From NCBI RefSeq assembly GCF_022045235.1, contig NW_027266264.1, forward strand, positions 64,108,001 through 64,172,000: DNA of 64,000 bases. Reading direction: 5' to 3'. Numbering within the stretch: the first letter of the stretch is position 1; every line of letters starts with the position of its first letter. The stretch comes from Haliotis cracherodii. Its lineage: Eukaryota. The notes under the pieces were generated by a model. It was not told the origin of the DNA and did no database searches. It worked only from the letters and a program-made list of their open reading frames with translations. Shown one piece after another: positions 51,527 to 60,274 of the stretch. The translations under genes and the position numbers were made by a program.

Positions 51527-53192
51527 CTGGTAAAAACAGTTAAAACAGTTTAAAAGGTAAACAGTCACACATCTATTCTTTTGTGTCTCAAACATGAACG
51601 ATGCACGTGCGTCCTGTTGGATACCCTGTACGCTGTAAATAACCATTGCTGTTATTTCATAATTTGTTTCAAGCACCCAATTGCAAATCCATCTCCCGCT
51701 GCTCATTAACGTGAATTACTATTCACGTCAACATGTAACATGCAATCTCTCTTCTTCTTGTAAAAGTCTCGTAGAATCTCGTTTCAATTCCCTGTTTAAC
51801 TCAATAAACGTTGGGAGGTTAATAGCAAGGTTGAGAGTTATCTCCATCGTGTTTTCAAAATACCCTCAAACGCATGCGCACCTGGCCCCATAAACTTCAA
51901 GTTTATTTGTTCAATGGAGATCGTTCATTGTTTATAACTGGTGTCCCCTAAAATCTCGTCAAGTGAAAAGTTTAAAATACGAATAAAATGTCCAAGGGTG
52001 CCAGAATTATGGACGCACGATACAGGCTAAGATTTAAAACAATTTCAGCATCATTCACCTCAAATGTGTTTGGTGCTTTCTGTAACCATTTATTTTTATG
52101 AGAGTATTGATGTGATGCGGAAGCAGGATAACGCCTACATAACATTAGCCTCATTAGAAGATTGCACTGATAAATCTAATTAGATTAGGAACTTGCGGTG
52201 CCTGGATATATAGTTGGTAACGTTGGTAACTGCTGCAACTTTATATCATTACTTTTTCATGTTATCAACTGAAGATAATTAGGTAGCATGATTGGCTCAT
52301 CTTCAAACTGTGATTTAACAAACACTACCAAAGCTTTTTAACAACATTAACAGTATTTTGATATGTGCTCACATGGTTTTACATACATATCAAAATTATT
52401 GATATTCATACATATTTCAGAATTCTCAAGTGGTGAATAATAGAGACAGTTGACTGACACGTGACTATAGCTGATGTAAGTCCTGGCGACATGTCGATGG
52501 CAGATAACATGGGATGGGAGATCACTGATACTAAGTACTTAAGGAAATAACAGTCAATCACAGCTACTTGGATCACACGGGCTTCAGACATTGCTGTCGT
52601 CTCAATGGTAACGAAATATGATGTCACAATACATTTGCGATATTATGTCACGAAAGCATCTTGCCTGAGATGATGCATAGGAATGGGTATATACTATTTA
52701 TACACCATCTGATACACAATTCAAAGCTTTTGAAAATAGTGCGACATTTAAAACAATTTCAAATTTAATACTAGCAATACTCATGTAACCAATTACACTA
52801 TCCCGGTATATATTTTATGTAATCTCTAGAAAATATACACACGAGAGTTAAAAACAACACCATTTATATGCATTATCTTGTCCTTATCATTATCACAATC
52901 TTGAATGGAAAACAAACACATGTTAATATTAAACAATAACATGATTAGACACAATACACATATGTTTAGATAATCAAATTTCACTCACCACATCCAGCAA
53001 CTGTGAGAGTCGCATTCCCAACTTCACTGTCAGCTTTCCATCAGCGTCACCAGAAGGTTTGATGAGCGGATTGTAATTTCTGTATGTCATCAAATCAAAA
53101 TATAATTTTTTGGCATGAGGTTCTATTCGCTGCTCGCAGACGACACACGCCACCGTCGACAGCGCAAACAGCGCTAAATTCAGGGGTTTCAT
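4095..53192 (-). CDS. Nicotinic acetylcholine receptor alpha subunit (Cys-loop ligand-gated cation channel), spliced gene, join(53192..52989,10872..10828,5967..5858,5076..4095); 3' end (M4 exon) not in window
   Basis: Four exons join in frame through GT-AG junctions: ...LSQLLDV|[15 protein letters not shown]|EWTDLRLKW...PDIVLYN(N)|ADGEF... Cys-loop [15 protein letters not shown], loop B WTY, loop C YACC (alpha signature), M1-M3 with GEK, MA helix KFIADHMK. Confidence 0.95.
5122..5288 (-). mobile_element. tRNA-derived SINE family A, full length
   Basis: A-box TAGCCTAGTGG, B-box GCTCGATTCC, same body as 35072-35249, (TCAC) tail; TSD atgcgtta at 5114-5121 and 5289-5296. Confidence 0.88.
5858..5967 (-). 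CDS. nAChR alpha coding exon 3 (110 nt): [36 protein letters not shown](N)
   Basis: Acceptor ttgaag|GAATGG, donor AACAA|gtaagt (phase 2); loop A motif W.PDIVLYN; 110 nt is the conserved size of this exon. Confidence 0.95.
6120..6225 (+). mobile_element. Dispersed repeat segment F (cagattccattgggcgtaaaaggcaaaatagc...gaatggatca)
   Basis: Also at 38770-38880, 58682-58910 (both orientations) and 62415-62495. Confidence 0.75.
6363..6395 (+). repeat. (G6T)n G-tract array with G-quadruplex potential
   Basis: ggggtggggggtggggggtggggggtggggggt. Confidence 0.8.
6437..7093 (-). mobile_element. SINE family D copy split by an about 400-bp insertion containing a family E repeat (6765-6945)
   Basis: 6437-6540 matches the D 3' half and 6945-7093 the D 5' half (B-box GGTTCGAATCCC on minus); the halves are contiguous in the copy at 61447-61696. 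Confidence 0.7.
10125..10346. other. Assembly gap (N run); others at 14709-14862, 29248-29387, 39822-39965, 56748-56980, 60506-60700
   Basis: N runs. Confidence 0.99.
10360..10650 (-). mobile_element. Degenerate SINE family D copy carrying a nested 62-bp antisense retro-tail (10401-10462)
   Basis: D motifs ggaggaaaccc, atcatagg, cccaagggatgcaactgcg; nested tail gctgaaataatgccgatgtgacgttaaa...tcactcact flanked by TSD tttaagcaat (10391-10400 and 10463-10472). Confidence 0.7.
10828..10872 (-). CDS. nAChR alpha coding exon 2: 45-nt loop-2/loop-D micro-exon [15 protein letters not shown]
   Basis: Minus strand reads ctttgtttctttcag|GAT GAG AAA AAA CAA GTG ATA TCA CTC AGC GTC TGG CTG CAC CAC|gtaagt; exactly 45 nt, phase 0/0; matches the DEKNQ.....VWL consensus. 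Confidence 0.92.
13723..13857. mobile_element. About 130-bp fold-back MITE, Tc1/mariner type
   Basis: Perfect terminal IR tatatactactcaaaagaagttaaggatcacc / ggtgatccttaacttcttttgagtagtatata, with internal arms also complementary; TA flanks. Confidence 0.9.
14600..14920 (-). pseudogene. Decayed reverse transcriptase fragment resembling Penelope-like element RTs, interrupted by an N-gap
   Basis: [15 protein letters not shown] resembles F.Q.VGIPMGTNCAP (RT motif B'); across the gap SFRYIADIV resembles FRYIDD (motif C), followed by PPEL; correct order and plausible spacing. Family assignment is from recall. Confidence 0.6.
14930..15110 (-). pseudogene. Decayed non-LTR (CR1/L2/Jockey-like) RT fragment
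   Basis: [13 protein letters not shown] resembles LD..KAFDRVWH; downstream LWIK...QTVVV resembles W...YL..R.Q.V.V. Confidence 0.55.
16190..17310. repeat. Satellite array, about 18-19 copies of a 61-bp unit (TCACTACAAAAAGTAAAACCATCCTCATTTAATGTGTGCAATGTGTGACTGGTGTGTGAAA) with 52-bp deletion variants
   Basis: CATTTAATGT at 16301, 16362 and onward; degenerate edges. Confidence 0.95.
17946..18322. mobile_element. 377-bp MITE with CCGTA-type TIRs (Tc1/mariner/pogo superfamily)
   Basis: TA|ccgtattcgacgtaataaccgccc ... gggcgcttaatacgtcggatacgg|TA; subterminal ataagcgccc-like repeats. Confidence 0.85.
18433..18625 (-). mobile_element. SINE family D copy lacking the 5' head
   Basis: gtgagtgagtgagttggg...cagttatatcacggcgtgacagcttaatgtgggaggaaagcccgaagtgatgcag...gggattcgaa. 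Confidence 0.8.
21103..21275 (+). mobile_element. Dispersed repeat family E
   Basis: ttttcaagttaacagttgaattgcctttgcatgtg...gggtgccacaggtggga...ccttttcgcgaacacctggtgtcatcac; homologous to 6765, 26885, 55490, 58005 (+) and 32135, 62495 (-). Confidence 0.75.
22190..22800 (-). pseudogene. Possible heavily decayed LINE RT/3' remnant
   Basis: Scattered, frameshifted resemblances to GSI.GP, VLYR and C-terminal LINE motifs on the minus strand; no continuous frame. Confidence 0.25.
23709..23836 (-). mobile_element. Internally deleted SINE family D copy
   Basis: gagtgagtttggtttaacgtcgcc...gatgtgggaggaaag...gactgggccaccc. Confidence 0.7.
24887..24962. repeat. Imperfect inverted repeat related to the hammerhead-like palindrome family
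   Basis: ggaagagaatatatggatatcaa / ttgacatccataaattctcttcc; shares ataaagaagttg..ccataa with 55701-55723. Confidence 0.65.
26003..26173 (-). mobile_element. Retroposon family C copy (5'-truncated)
   Basis: Reverse complement of 49475-49630. Confidence 0.8.
26885..27060 (+). mobile_element. Dispersed repeat family E
   Basis: ttttcaggttaacaattgacttgccttt...ggtgccac...gctcacattttggcgaacacctggtat. Confidence 0.7.
29070..29590. mobile_element. Two family C copies in inverted, tail-to-tail orientation flanking an N-gap (29070-29247 +; about 29400-29590 -)
   Basis: Left: cccgtggggattccaggttagaattgatacccagcaacctatgctaatcgtaagaggcgact. Right: degenerate reverse complement ending tggggacccggaatccccatggg. 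Confidence 0.65.
31028..31276 (+). mobile_element. Retroposon family C copy with a 22-bp internal duplication and (CAAA)n tail
   Basis: gcaacccatgcttgccgtaaaaagcgactatgcttgtcgtaaaaggcgactaacgggatcgggtggtcagg...gcgacgttaaacaacaaacaaac. Confidence 0.88.
31552..31843 (+). mobile_element. SINE family B, 5'-truncated; central domain resembles the Meta/MESC SINE domain (from recall)
   Basis: gtcataccaaaagacatttaaagatggtgcttgttgttaccctgtctggcgctcggcattaagg; tail gcgacgttaaaccccatttcacctcacc; TSD tactctgctt at 31542-31551 and 31844-31853. Confidence 0.82.
33885..34556 (+). mobile_element. SINE family D copy (+) with an about 470-bp MITE (34063-34529) inserted in its 3' tail
   Basis: B-box gggttcgaatccc at 33898; MITE TIRs cttcccaaggcaagggagttaactg...ccagtttccacccttgccgaac / gttcggcaagggtggtaactggtcagttaactccctacctcgggaag; the SINE tail resumes as gttaaaccctactcacgcactca. 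Confidence 0.78.
35072..35249 (+). mobile_element. tRNA-derived SINE family A, full length
   Basis: A-box-like TAGCGTATAGTGG, B-box GGTTCGATTCC, tail gctgaagcggcgtaaaaccatattcac(TCAC)n; TSD tcgataa at 35065-35071 and 35250-35256. Confidence 0.9.
36640..37000. repeat. Tandem repeat, about 4 copies of an 81-82-bp unit with alternating variants
   Basis: ACTTAGTAA at 36663, 36719, 36801, 36882, 36964. Confidence 0.9.
38770..38880 (+). mobile_element. Dispersed repeat segment F ending in the CACTGA-AAA-TCAGTG hairpin
   Basis: Homology to 6120-6225 and 62415-62495. Confidence 0.75.
41910..42150 (-). mobile_element. Old, diverged family C-related copy with a (TCAC/TTCA) tail
   Basis: gcctgtaaataatcgagtccgga...gaccacctgctcc...gtcgtctcttgcga...ggggacgt. 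Confidence 0.55.
43219..43891 (-). mobile_element. SINE family B with a tRNA-like head and an internal 132-bp segment tandemly amplified four times
   Basis: Head on minus strand: A-box TGGCCGAGTGA, B-box GGTTTGATCCC; AGGCAAGG anchors at 43381, 43513, 43645, 43777; tail gcggcgttaaaccccattttacc. Confidence 0.88.
44208..44360 (+). mobile_element. Degenerate SINE family D fragment
   Basis: ccaaagcggtaaacgtcaaagatctgcatca...gagataactgaaattcttttcaaagc. Confidence 0.5.
46630..47777 (+). mobile_element. Decayed Tc1-family DNA transposon
   Basis: Degenerate TIRs (TA|cacagtggaaaaacagaaatg ... cttccttttttgcagagta|TA), TATA-like gctataaaa at about 46860 and an internally deleted transposase. Confidence 0.8.
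46925..47529 (+). pseudogene. Tc1-like transposase pseudogene (D34E spacing)
   Basis: N-terminal MSRLT; [15 protein letters not shown]; FQQDNARPH; [18 protein letters not shown]; 34 residues between D and E; frameshifts, deletions and a premature stop. Confidence 0.9.
49386..49639 (+). mobile_element. Full-length retroposon family C (no tRNA head; core GCTTGTCGTAAGAGGCGACTAA resembles Nin-domain/RTE 5' motifs from recall)
   Basis: Begins GACCCGTGAAG, ends (CAAA)n; TSD agtaatgagSa at 49375-49385 and 49640-49650. Confidence 0.9.
49929..49999 (+). mobile_element. SINE family A head fragment
   Basis: ttagcattgtggttaaagggttgggtcgttcacgctgaataccggggttc. Confidence 0.5.
50230..50450 (-). mobile_element. 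Degenerate SINE family D copy
   Basis: gagtttggtttaacgctttgaaca...gaggaaagcccgaa...ttcgaacc...taagggacgcaa. Confidence 0.65.
51400..51524. repeat. 29-bp direct duplication followed by a (TA)n microsatellite of about 32 units
   Basis: gtgtaggtgtatatcctataaSatcagcag twice, then the TA run. Confidence 0.9.
52989..53192 (-). CDS. nAChR alpha coding exon 1: signal peptide, N-terminal helix and beta1 ([19 protein letters not shown]...YNPLIKP...[13 protein letters not shown])
   Basis: ATG in ACCATGA context at 53192; hydrophobic signal peptide; family motifs L..DLM..YN.L.P and V.LG.RLSQL.DV; phase-0 donor GTGAGT at 52988. Confidence 0.9.
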
Positions 53193-54130
53193 GGTGAAGG
53201 TGTCCACTTCTCAACAACATTCGATTCCTGATCAGACGCGAGTCAGGCAAGCGGAAGTATTGTGCTCGCCCCAGATGCTACCACAGCCGATAGAGCACGA
53301 CCGACACTTGCCGATCACAACAATCCTGTTTGGTGAAAATAACTATAAGCTAAACGCATTTTAATCACTTCTGACTGAGTTTGCAAAGCCACAATTACGA
53401 GCCGGGAACAGGCAGTATCCAAAAGTATAATTTCGATTTTTCCGGAAAGCACCTCCTGGTCGAATTAACGAAATGAGTTTTCTCCAATAGGAATGCATAC
53501 AGGGGTGGAGGCACTTTGTCGAATTGAAGCGTGGTATCAGCTCTGAGCTGCAGAAAGAGGTTATCACACAAACAAACTTAATACTCCAATTATCTGAGGG
53601 CGCACAGCTTGGTCCTAGCACCGCTGTTTCTCCAGCAACAGATCGACACGCGCCTTGTCACGGCAGATTATTTAGAGACTTGAGGATTAGCACGGATATA
53701 GACCAAGCTCCCGTACCACCCGCCACAGGGAAAAGTCGGCACACGCGTCTTGGCACACACAGAAAGTTGATGAATGAGTTGTAGGTGTTTCTACATAGGT
53801 AGAGAAAATTGCTCTCCTCGAGAAAAATGGTTCCCCTTGTGGATAATAAGTGCGCGTTAGGTAGGTGTGAAAGAAGAGGAGGAGAGTAGGGGGGGCGTCA
53901 CACTTCAGCTACCAGCGTTGTGACTGACATCGCCGTTTCCTCTTACACACAACACAGATTAGATTCAAGAAGAGCCGAAATAATACTTCACGTTTCGGCC
54001 TCCGCGCGATCGATTTGCGAGAAAGTGGAGCTTTTGGAGACGACTTGAATGTTGAGGGAGGTATAGGCCGCTGATACACACAAGCCAGTCGTCCACAGCC
54101 TCTGCATGCGCGACAGCTGAAAAGTCTATA
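53193..54130 (-). promoter_or_regulatory. Putative 5' UTR/promoter region of the nAChR gene
   Basis: Repeat-free, relatively GC- and CpG-rich stretch immediately upstream of the start codon. A possible acceptor (ttcaccaaacag| at about 53326) means a non-coding first exon cannot be excluded. Confidence 0.35.
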
Positions 54131-55489
54131 TTTAGACTCACGTGCTGCGCCAGTTTGTTTTTCCTACTCATAGAAGAATACTTTTCATCTTAGATAAGCA
54201 TCAGAAATTTGGGATGTTTTGCTTAACGAATGACGACTTATATAAATGCCTCAAGCTCTGGTTCCGCCAGTTTCGTCATTCGTAATCCGCTGTTTAAGAC
54301 GGGAATAGTTGCCTATGAGTGAAAAGTACGATAACTTGAATATTAACATCAAGTACTCCCACACTGGAATTGAAATTATCCTGTCTTTTCCTCGTGGTGA
54401 TTGAAATGTCTGTAAAATGATCAGACTACATAGTTTAACACATGTTAAAATTAGACCAACATATAGGTTTTAGCGCTCAACAAAGAAACTGAATTAAAGA
54501 AGAATACTTTTGCATTTTCACAGATGTGTTATGTTTTAATAATATTATACAAATTCATTCAGCTTTTTCATAGGAGTGGTATCGACCGAATTGATTTTCA
54601 GTGTAAAACATGAAATAAAGAAAGACAGAAAACGTACAATCTGTGTGAAAAAACCCATTGCTGATTTCCGTTACCAAAGCAACTAGACACTTTTAATCCT
54701 TCAATTATTATTGGATCATGGTGGAAATCAATAAATCACGTGAAGTAAAGATCTTGAGGACAACACATGTTCGCGAAACCTTTGTGTATAAATAACAACT
54801 GTCATCTTCTAACAGCTGTATGGGACGTCAAAGGGTAGCAAATACACATAACCATTGAACTCGAACATCGAACAGAGTACTTATATTGTATATCTACAGA
54901 ACAACCCATCTTATACATCAAAGGAACATGAATATTTTCTTCTTCAGGACAATTTGCCGTTATAATGCAGCAACGTAAACAAAGCTGACATTGATTGTAA
55001 CAAAAATAATAACATCATATAGACAGAGTCTTTGTGAGCATTTAGAAGTTGGATATAATTTTCACAAGGAATATTATTGATAACTACATTATAGATACAC
55101 AACGTGTCAGAGGGACATCAGGTAAACAAATGTCACAAAACACTTCCCATATTTACAAGAATGTTGTGGATAACAATTCTTTACGATGCATAACTCAACT
55201 TCTTTACAATCAATCATTTATTTCTGTAGTAATTTAGTCTCATATCAAGTTCACAACAATGAAGATATTTTGAACACGAGTGCAAAAGCAATTCTTCCCC
55301 AGTTGTGAAGATTGATGTGCTCTTTAATGTAGTTACTAAATGTTACAGAACGCTTACATCGCAGGACTGCAGCATTGTGATCACACACAACTTCTGTACA
55401 ATACATTAACAATGTTTCAAGGCTACTTCTTCCCCAAACATGGTGAATTGACAGGCATATTCAATCTCAACCCAACTTATTGGTACAAC

Positions 55490-55725
55490 ATCAGCTATCG
55501 GTAGAGCAGGACATGCTTACCTTTTTGGTGAACACCTGGTGTCATCACTGATTTTCAGTGACTCAATAATATTATTTCCATCATTATTTCGAGTAACTTC
55601 TTAATTATACATAGACAACGATGCCGAGCTCAATCTTGCCCTTTGCATTCACCTCATTGAGGAAGAGGCAATAAGTAGCCATGAAACGTTGTCTATGTGT
55701 AATAAGGAAGTTGTTTCCCATAATA
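55490..55725 (+). mobile_element. Family E repeat followed by a palindrome (55595-55712) containing a degenerate minimal hammerhead-like motif
   Basis: 26-nt arms aacttcttaattatacatagacaacg / cgttgtctatgtgtaataaggaagtt; internal TTGAGGA-AGA-GGC-aataagta-GCC-AT-GAAAC. Confidence 0.6.
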
Positions 55726-55929
55726 TCCCTTGTCATAAACAGATAGATACTTACATCGCATCCATGCTGTTGGTATATAGAATACCAAATCAGTTGACGT
55801 TTTAATTAAAATTTATAAAAAATATGCATATTTATGCACAAACTAAATATTCAAAGAAGAATCAACACACAACAACACATTCACAACACAACTGAACTCA
55901 AGTGAACGAAATCCTAACCCCCCACCCCA

Positions 55930-55975
55930 CCACCACACACACACACACACACTCCCACACACACACACACTCCCA
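55930..55975. repeat. Interrupted (CA)n microsatellite
   Basis: Direct reading. Confidence 0.9.
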
Positions 55976-57069
55976 CTTCAGGTATTGTGTAACTAATCTC
56001 CATGGCTCTTGTATAATGGTATTGTGCTTATCAACCTTTGACCTACAAACATGTAGCTCTTTTACTCCAACAAATCGCTCGATAATCACTTGAATACACT
56101 CGCTGATTATATTCAGGAATCCAGATATACTGGTATAAGTAAATCCATAACACTGACATTCATTAACTTCCATTGTAAATAGCTTGATATATTTAACTGC
56201 CTAATGAAGCAGTCTAACAATGAATGCATTGTACAACACAGTAGTCGTGTCAACACAGTTTGGTTGTGTCAGCCTTGTCATGTGTGATCCAATCAATATC
56301 GCCAGCTGACTGACACAGATGTTAGTTTAATAACACATACGCTGTATTTGTGATTTCTGAAATCCAATGTAACAGAATCACACTCGGATTCTGAACCGTA
56401 TCGTTTACGTGTATCTGTCATATATGAATTCAGATTAAGGCGTTGTTCTATCACTGTTGAGTGTATTACGTAACGTGTCAATGTCAGCTAACGATATTGC
56501 GTGGAAGTGGTTGTTTCAATGTGTCAGTATTGTACTAAGCACTCCATAAGTATAATGCTAATAAATATCTGGATCATTACAAGAATGGTGCTAATATACA
56601 TACTTATCAGCTTGATTCAATGGGATTTAGGCGCGTTCCACAAGTACAATACGCGTCTTGTACGTAATCCCTGTTATGCCATTAAGTAAAATAATTTCTT
56701 CGTTGTTAAAGTATGTTTCATCAATATTTTTCTTTCGAAAAATATGTNNNNNNNNNNNNNNNNNNNNNNNNNNNNNNNNNNNNNNNNNNNNNNNNNNNNN
56801 NNNNNNNNNNNNNNNNNNNNNNNNNNNNNNNNNNNNNNNNNNNNNNNNNNNNNNNNNNNNNNNNNNNNNNNNNNNNNNNNNNNNNNNNNNNNNNNNNNNN
56901 NNNNNNNNNNNNNNNNNNNNNNNNNNNNNNNNNNNNNNNNNNNNNNNNNNNNNNNNNNNNNNNNNNNNNNNNNNNNNNNNCAGATGAAATATAAATATAG
57001 CGTTAGAAGAAATACAAAAAAGAGTTTTATTGTTATAATAAATAACGAAGGGGATAAAGATATGAAACG

Positions 57070-57135
57070 TTTATGGACAACAACTTATAGTTGTAACGAT
57101 GTTTCAGGGCTAGTTCTTGCCCCTTCGTCTGAAGT
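57070..57135 (-). ncRNA. Degenerate minimal hammerhead-ribozyme-like motif (Penelope/retrozyme type)
   Basis: Minus strand CAGACGA-A-GGGGC-aagaacta-GCCCT-GAAAC; one mismatch to CUGANGA, intact stem II and GAAA. Confidence 0.4.
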
Positions 57136-57862
57136 TGATAGGCATAAACATTTCATGTCTTGTTCTTTCAATTTCGAAATGCCAATAGACCCAACGGATA
57201 ATAATGTAAATGACTCGAATATATGAGATAAAGACTACACCATATTCGTATAAGAAAATAGAAATACATCTAATTGTTGTACTGGTAACGAAAACAATAA
57301 ACCAGGAGGAACATTCTCGGAAGAAATCTAGGGAACCGGTCGTAAATAGTCAAAATCCACACCGTGTTCCGACTCCACAGAAATTGATCGTAAAACCGAC
57401 GTGGTCCATACGAAAAGTCCATGATTTCCTGGTCCGGGGTTCGCATTTCATCCGGCAGAATAAGGAATATTCTTAATGCCTTGCCTCAGTACAAAACGTC
57501 TTCATGAAGGGCGGTAATTAGTTTTATGGTAGTTCCAGTCAACTGGTTTAACCCGGCAGACAAGACTCCAAAATAGGGGGTCATGTTGTATTGAAATCGG
57601 TTCAGTTAACACACTGTGTATATAACGTGAGACATGGTAGTGGTAGCTTTTGATGTGTCTTCAAGGAATAAGGGGATGTTTACTGCAGATACAGAGTAAG
57701 CTGATATCCCAGCATTAAAGTGTGGCTTGATTTAATTGTTCTGTGTAAAGAAATGGTGCTTGTCCTCGTCATGGTACATGCAAAACAATAGACTACGTAA
57801 CGATATGCAGTTACACTGAATCAATGAATACGTTATTAACAAAATATTTGATATCCATGTAA

Positions 57863-57935
57863 TGGTGAGTGGGTAAAGGTTTGCTCGTCACGCCGAATAC
57901 CGGGTTCGATTCTCCACATATGTACAGATGTGTAG
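57863..57935 (+). mobile_element. SINE family A head fragment
   Basis: gctcgtcacgccgaataccgggttcgattctccacatatgtaca. Confidence 0.7.
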
Positions 57936-58002
57936 TATATTAAGCATGTGTCAATCACAATTATGACTGGAGGCAATTCCTTATTTTGACTTGTACATTA
58001 TG

Positions 58003-58170
58003 TTCCCGTGTCTTTTCAGGTGAACAATTGTCTTGCCTTTGCGTCTGTTTGTGACGAGTGCCACCGGTGGGACAGAAACGATCACCTTTTCGCGAACACG
58101 CGGTATCATCACTATTCGATAGTGATTCATAAACACATGCTCATCGTATAGCCGGAATCGTACAATCGAC
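58003..58170 (+). mobile_element. Dispersed repeat family E
   Basis: ttttcaggtgaacaattgtcttgcctttg...gtgccaccggtggga...ccttttcgcgaacacgcggtatcatcactattcgatagtgattcat. Confidence 0.75.
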
Positions 58171-58340
58171 TCTGCCTTTAGCAGAGGTTGCTATTGAATA
58201 TGGAAAGGTTTTTTTTACACCAACCTACTGGAGTGTATAGGCATCATTCACATAACTAACTGAAGGTTTTCATCCGCCCCAGTACCATATCCCACCTCAC
58301 GCGATAGTCGAAACGTGTGTTCCTTTAAACCGACCTTCTT

Positions 58341-58502
58341 ACCCTTGAAGACCCGGTAGAGAATAGGTCTTTAGCAACCCATGATTGTCGTAAGGGGCGA
58401 CTAACAGGATCGTGTGGTCAGGCTCGCTGACTTGGTATGCATGTTATCGTATCCCAATTCCGTAGATCGATGCTCATGATGTCAATCAAGAAACAAACAA
58501 AT
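58341..58502 (+). mobile_element. Retroposon family C copy, internally deleted near the 3' end
   Basis: acccttgaagacccggtagagaataggtctttagcaacccatgattgtcgtaaggggcgactaacagg. Confidence 0.82.
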
Positions 58503-58681
58503 AATGCGTTGCTTTTATACGTAGATCTACTAAACATTTATGCTGAAGCACACCCGTCGGGAACCTGAAGCTTCAGATATACTGTACTTACAAAACATTT
58601 TAGATACATTTGTTCGTTTGCGTGGACTACCTTGGTTAGATCATTATCCACACTAAGTTGACAGAAAAATGAATGTCTGGT

Positions 58682-58910
58682 CCTTTCACCGCTATTTTGC
58701 GTTTTACGCCCAATGGAATCTATTTAGGCGGATAATCAAGACCGCTATTCTCTGGCGTTGACGTTTTATATTAACGTGATATATCAATATCAGTATAATA
58801 AATTGATTCAAAATGTCAACGCCAGAGAAAATTCAGTCTCGATTATCTGGGAAAACAGATTCCATTGAGCGTAAAAGGCAAATTAGTGATTATAGCTCTA
58901 TGAATGGATC
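58682..58910. repeat. Inverted pair of segment F (about 85-bp arms, about 40-bp spacer)
   Basis: ttttacgcccaatggaatct...ctctggcgttgacgtttt / aaaatgtcaacgccagag...agattccattgagcgtaaaa. Confidence 0.8.
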
Positions 58911-59776
58911 ACAGAAAAGGAATGTCATTAGTCAAAAGATCTGATTTTATCATACATTGTTTCATATTTACATTTATGCATAAAGATTCAGAGTGACAAA
59001 GACTGTATGACAGCTGGGATGACTTCAACTTTCTAATAGTCAACTCTCTTTTTATTATGCCGAGGGATATTCCAGCAGCTTCAGTGTACAATCAAATACA
59101 ATTTAGCATGCGCTTTCTACGATTTCAAAGCGCGTCATGCAACCATTGCTCAGGGTATCGTACAAGGGATATTTCTTATTATTACGGAAAGGGATTTGTG
59201 ACTTTTATTCACAATATTCAACCTGGATAAGCTCACCTTTGGTAACATCCGTATGTGATAGTGATTCATTAACATAAGATTAATATGATATATTGGGAAT
59301 CGTACAATGTACTATGTTGTCAGCAATGAATATGAAATGACTTTGTCTTTATTTATTCATATATACACCTGGGAAAAGGTAAACCAGCACTTCTTTTTTA
59401 ATTTCTTTTATATCCAACTTTTTTTGGTATCTTCTTGCAATATCTTCATATTGACATTGATCTTATGTCTGCTATACGACCGACACTTGCTGAAAAGTTC
59501 GTATAGAAAGAATGTATGCTTCTACACAAGTATTCAGTATATCACTTGATGAAAGGAAGCAGTGAAAAAGCAATGAAACATTGTCCAATACATTTTGCCA
59601 TAGAGACGTTATCAAACATGTCAGTGGATAATTGTTTTCAGTATCCGTATTTTAACTATTTTTCGTCATAAAAATAACACAGGATGCGACATAAAAAATG
59701 TTGTTTTATACAGCAATATATTTATACACATATTCTAACATGCAATGTTACAAACTTACACCGTTATCGTCGTAAT

Positions 59777-60018
59777 GTTTGTTTTGTTTGTTGTTTAACG
59801 CCGCACACAGCAATATTCCAGCTATATGACTAACGTCTGTAAATAATCGGGTCTGGACCAGACAATCCAGTGATTGACATCATGATTATCGATCCACGCA
59901 TTTGGGATATGGAGACATGCATCAACTACGTCAGCGAGTCTGACCACTCGATCAAAGTCGCCTTTTACGACAAGCATGGGTTGCTGAAGACCTCTTCTAC
60001 CACGTATCTTCACGGGTC
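59777..60018 (-). mobile_element. Full-length retroposon family C copy (single-motif subfamily)
   Basis: Minus strand begins GACCCGTGAAG at 60018 and ends in (CAAA)n. Confidence 0.88.
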
Positions 60019-60274
60019 GTCTATCAATTGTTCATGGGAGCAAATATAATCATTCTGTTACATATTGATGAATTGTGTAAATATACTTTTGCGAAACCAA
60101 TTTCTCTAAGTTTTATTTGATTAGATGATTTACATGATCTAACAAACACTGTGTATGGAGAATGCCATTCGTGTAGGTTATATTACATAACTGCGGGTGT
60201 TATCCTGATTTTACAAAACGTGTGTTTTGCCTTTTGTGTTTGCCAAGATCAGTATAAGACCGCTTTGTAATTGG

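Noticed and set aside
5968-52988. A second, mutually exclusive copy of the 45-nt loop-D exon
   Set aside because: No other DEKNQ...VWL-like 45-mer with splice sites was found by eye; cannot be excluded inside gaps.
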